DNA from: Parvibaculum sp.
Lineage (GTDB): Bacteria; Pseudomonadota; Alphaproteobacteria; Parvibaculales; Parvibaculaceae
Assembly: GCA_019635965.1 (NCBI GenBank)
Contig: JAHBYK010000003.1
Coordinates: 10,386 to 74,385, forward strand
Direction of reading: 5' to 3'
Length of the DNA: 64,000 nt
This document shows positions 61,570 through 64,000 of the stretch, piece by piece. The notes beneath the pieces were generated by a model. It had not been told where the DNA came from. It saw only the letters and a list, made by a program, of their open reading frames with translations, and made no database searches. The translations under genes and the position numbers were made by a program. Positions within the stretch are counted from its first letter, which is position 1. Each line of letters starts with the position of its first letter.

Positions 61570-64000
61570 TTGAAAAGCTATTCTGAAGTTGTTTCGGCGC
61601 CGGGCCGCCTGACCCTTGGCGAGACACCGGAAGGTTTCGACGCCCTTGTGCTTGCGGATATGGCCCGCGCTGCGACCGGCGGCGGGGTGTCAGTGCATGT
61701 GGCGCGCGATGACGCACGCATGGCCGCGATCGCCGAAGCCCTCGGCTTTTTCGCGCCCGATATCGAAATCATTGTCTTTCCGGCGTGGGACTGCCTGCCC
61801 TATGACCGCGTGTCACCCAATGCGGACATCAGCGCGCGGCGCATGGCGGCGCTGTCGCGGCTTGCTGCATTGAAGGCAGCGCCGGCGGGCGCGCCCGTGC
61901 TGCTGCTGACGACCGTGAACGCCATGCTTCAGCGCGTGCCGCCTCAGGAGATGGTAAGCCGTTCGGCCCTGTCGCTTCGGACCGGAAACCGTGTCGATCT
62001 CGACGGGTTGACCGCCTATCTCGCCGCCAACGGCTATAACCGCACAGGCACCGTCCGCGAACCCGGTGAATTTGCCGTGCGCGGCGGCATCATCGATATT
62101 TACCCGTCCGGCTTCGAGCTTCCAGTCAGGCTCGACATGTTTGGCGACACGCTCGATGCGATCCGCAGCTTCGATGCCGCCACACAAAGGACCGTCGGGC
62201 AGCTCAAGGGGCTCGACCTTGTGCCCGCGAGCGAAATCCATCTCGATGCGGATGCCATCCGCCGCTTCCGTGCCGCCTATGTGGCAACACTCGGCGCCGT
62301 GACGGGTGATGATCCGCTTTATGCCGCCGTGAGCGAGGGACGCAAACATGCAGGCATGGAGCACTGGCTGCCGCTCTTTCACGAGCGCATGGAAACGCTA
62401 TTCGACTATGTGCCCGAAGGTCTCATCTCATTCGATGCTCAGGCCGATGAAGCAAGAGCCGCGCGCCTCGAACTCATTTCGGACTACTACGATGCGCGCG
62501 CGGAGGCGCGGCAGCAGGGAAGCACGGCGAAAATTGCCGCCGATGCACCAAGCTACAAGCCGCTGAAACCCGATGCACTCTATCTCGCCGATGACGAATG
62601 GCGTGAGCGGCTTGCCGGACGCCGGGTCCGTGAGCTCACACCGTTCAGCGTGCCGGAAGGTGCTGGCATAAATCTCGGGGGCAAGCAGGGCAGGAACTTT
62701 GCGCCGGAGCGTGCGCAGGACGGCACCAATATTTTTGAGGTGCTGGGCGGCCATATTGCGGGCCTGCGGCGGGCGGGGAAACGTATTGCGATTGCCAGCT
62801 GGAGCGATGGTGCGCGCGACCGCTTGAAACATGTGCTCGGCGATCACGGTATCGCAAATGTTCTCATCGCCGACAGCTGGGCCGATGTTAACAGCGTTAG
62901 CAAGGTGGCGGTTTCACTGATTGTTCTCGGTCTCGAAGCGGGCTTCGAGACGGAAGACCTCGCCATCATCAGTGAGCAGGACATACTTGGCGACCGTCTG
63001 ATCCGTCAGCGGAGGAAGAAGCGGGCAGAAAATTTCCTGACGGAAGCCTCGAGCCTTTCGCCGGGCGATCTCGTCGTTCATGTCGATCACGGTATCGGCC
63101 GCTTCGAACGGCTGCAGACGATCGAGGTCATGGGCGCGCCTCATGATTGCCTGCTGCTCGTCTATCACGGCGGTGACAAACTTTACCTGCCAGTCGAAAA
63201 CATCGAACTCCTTTCGCGCTATGGCGCGGATGACAGCGATGCCGCGCTCGACAGGCTTGGCGGTACCGGCTGGCAGGCACGCAAGGCGCGGCTCAAGGCG
63301 CGCATCCGCGAGATGGCAGCGGAGCTCATCCAGATCGCGGCGGCGCGCGAACTCAAGTCCGCGCCGGTGATGGAGCCCGTGCCGGGCGCCTATGACGAAT
63401 TCTGCGCACGTTTTCCGTTCACGGAAACAGAGGACCAGGAACAGGCGATCGAGGCCGTGCTCGAAGACCTCGCGCGCGGACGGCCGATGGACCGGCTCGT
63501 ATGCGGCGATGTCGGCTTCGGCAAGACGGAAGTGGCGCTGCGCACCGCTTTTGTTGCGGCGATGGCCGGTTATCAGGTGGCAGTCGTCGTGCCGACGACG
63601 CTGCTTGCGCGCCAGCACTTCAGAACATTCTCGCAGAGGTTTCATGGCCTCCCGCTGAAACTCCGTCAGATGTCGCGGCTTGTCAGCGCGAAGGACATGG
63701 CGGAAGCACGGGAAGGGCTGGCGAGCGGCCAGGTCGACATCGTCATCGGCACCCATGCCCTGCTCAGCAAGCAGGTGAAGTTCCACAATCTCGGCCTCGT
63801 CATCGTCGACGAGGAACAGCATTTCGGCGTGGCTCACAAGGAACAGCTGAAAAAGCTCCGCGCCGAAGTGCATGTGCTGACGCTGACGGCAACACCCATT
63901 CCGCGTACGCTCCAGCTCGCCCTGTCCGGCGTACGCGAATTGTCGCTGATTGCTACGCCGCCGGTGGACCGGCTTGCAGTGCGCACCTATGTCTCGCCCT
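61570..64000 (+). CDS. mfd: Transcription-repair coupling factor, runs off the window end
   Basis: Manual translation from TTG at 61570: [61 protein letters not shown] and [10 protein letters not shown]. Confidence 0.96.
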   Translation, partial: MKSYSEVVSAPGRLTLGETPEGFDALVLADMARAATGGGVSVHVARDDARMAAIAEALGFFAPDIEIIVFPAWDCLPYDRVSPNADISARRMAALSRLAALKAAPAGAPVLLLTTVNAMLQRVPPQEMVSRSALSLRTGNRVDLDGLTAYLAANGYNRTGTVREPGEFAVRGGIIDIYPSGFELPVRLDMFGDTLDAIRSFDAATQRTVGQLKGLDLVPASEIHLDADAIRRFRAAYVATLGAVTGDDPLYAAVSEGRKHAGMEHWLPLFHERMETLFDYVPEGLISFDAQADEARAARLELISDYYDARAEARQQGSTAKIAADAPSYKPLKPDALYLADDEWRERLAGRRVRELTPFSVPEGAGINLGGKQGRNFAPERAQDGTNIFEVLGGHIAGLRRAGKRIAIASWSDGARDRLKHVLGDHGIANVLIADSWADVNSVSKVAVSLIVLGLEAGFETEDLAIISEQDILGDRLIRQRRKKRAENFLTEASSLSPGDLVVHVDHGIGRFERLQTIEVMGAPHDCLLLVYHGGDKLYLPVENIELLSRYGADDSDAALDRLGGTGWQARKARLKARIREMAAELIQIAAARELKSAPVMEPVPGAYDEFCARFPFTETEDQEQAIEAVLEDLARGRPMDRLVCGDVGFGKTEVALRTAFVAAMAGYQVAVVVPTTLLARQHFRTFSQRFHGLPLKLRQMSRLVSAKDMAEAREGLASGQVDIVIGTHALLSKQVKFHNLGLVIVDEEQHFGVAHKEQLKKLRAEVHVLTLTATPIPRTLQLALSGVRELSLIATPPVDRLAVRTYVSP

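Overview
GC-rich alphaproteobacterial chromosome segment; gene order and content suggest a Parvibaculum-like Hyphomicrobiales organism (inference). Most of the window is conserved housekeeping synteny: erpA-dgt-argS-SPOR-nagZ-scpAB-tatABC-serS-surE-pcm-nlpD, yajC-secDF, trmFO, uvrA/ssb with a LexA box, gyrA-coaD-two cyclophilins-queA-tgt-tRNA-Lys(UUU), cysD-cysNC-galE-glmU-glmS and recG-sdhE-mfd. I saw no CRISPR array, IS, integrase or prophage. The accessory parts are: (i) tandem amidases plus a Tat-exported PhoD between trmFO and uvrA; (ii) an islet after tRNA-Lys with an 8-Cys secreted protein, two tandem Rnk-like genes and a RodZ-HTH/SH3 protein; (iii) an apparently catalytically degenerate HMG-CoA-synthase-like/DUF35 fusion next to an SCP2-type thiolase (PhlAB+PhlC-like architecture); (iv) an MBOAT/SGNH acylation pair; (v) an lvaAB-like kinase operon. 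The best candidate for an undescribed system is an unannotated, apparently leaderless 19-codon uORF followed by hairpins upstream of the rnk-like pair, a possible attenuator. All assignments come from motif reading only; no database searches were run.
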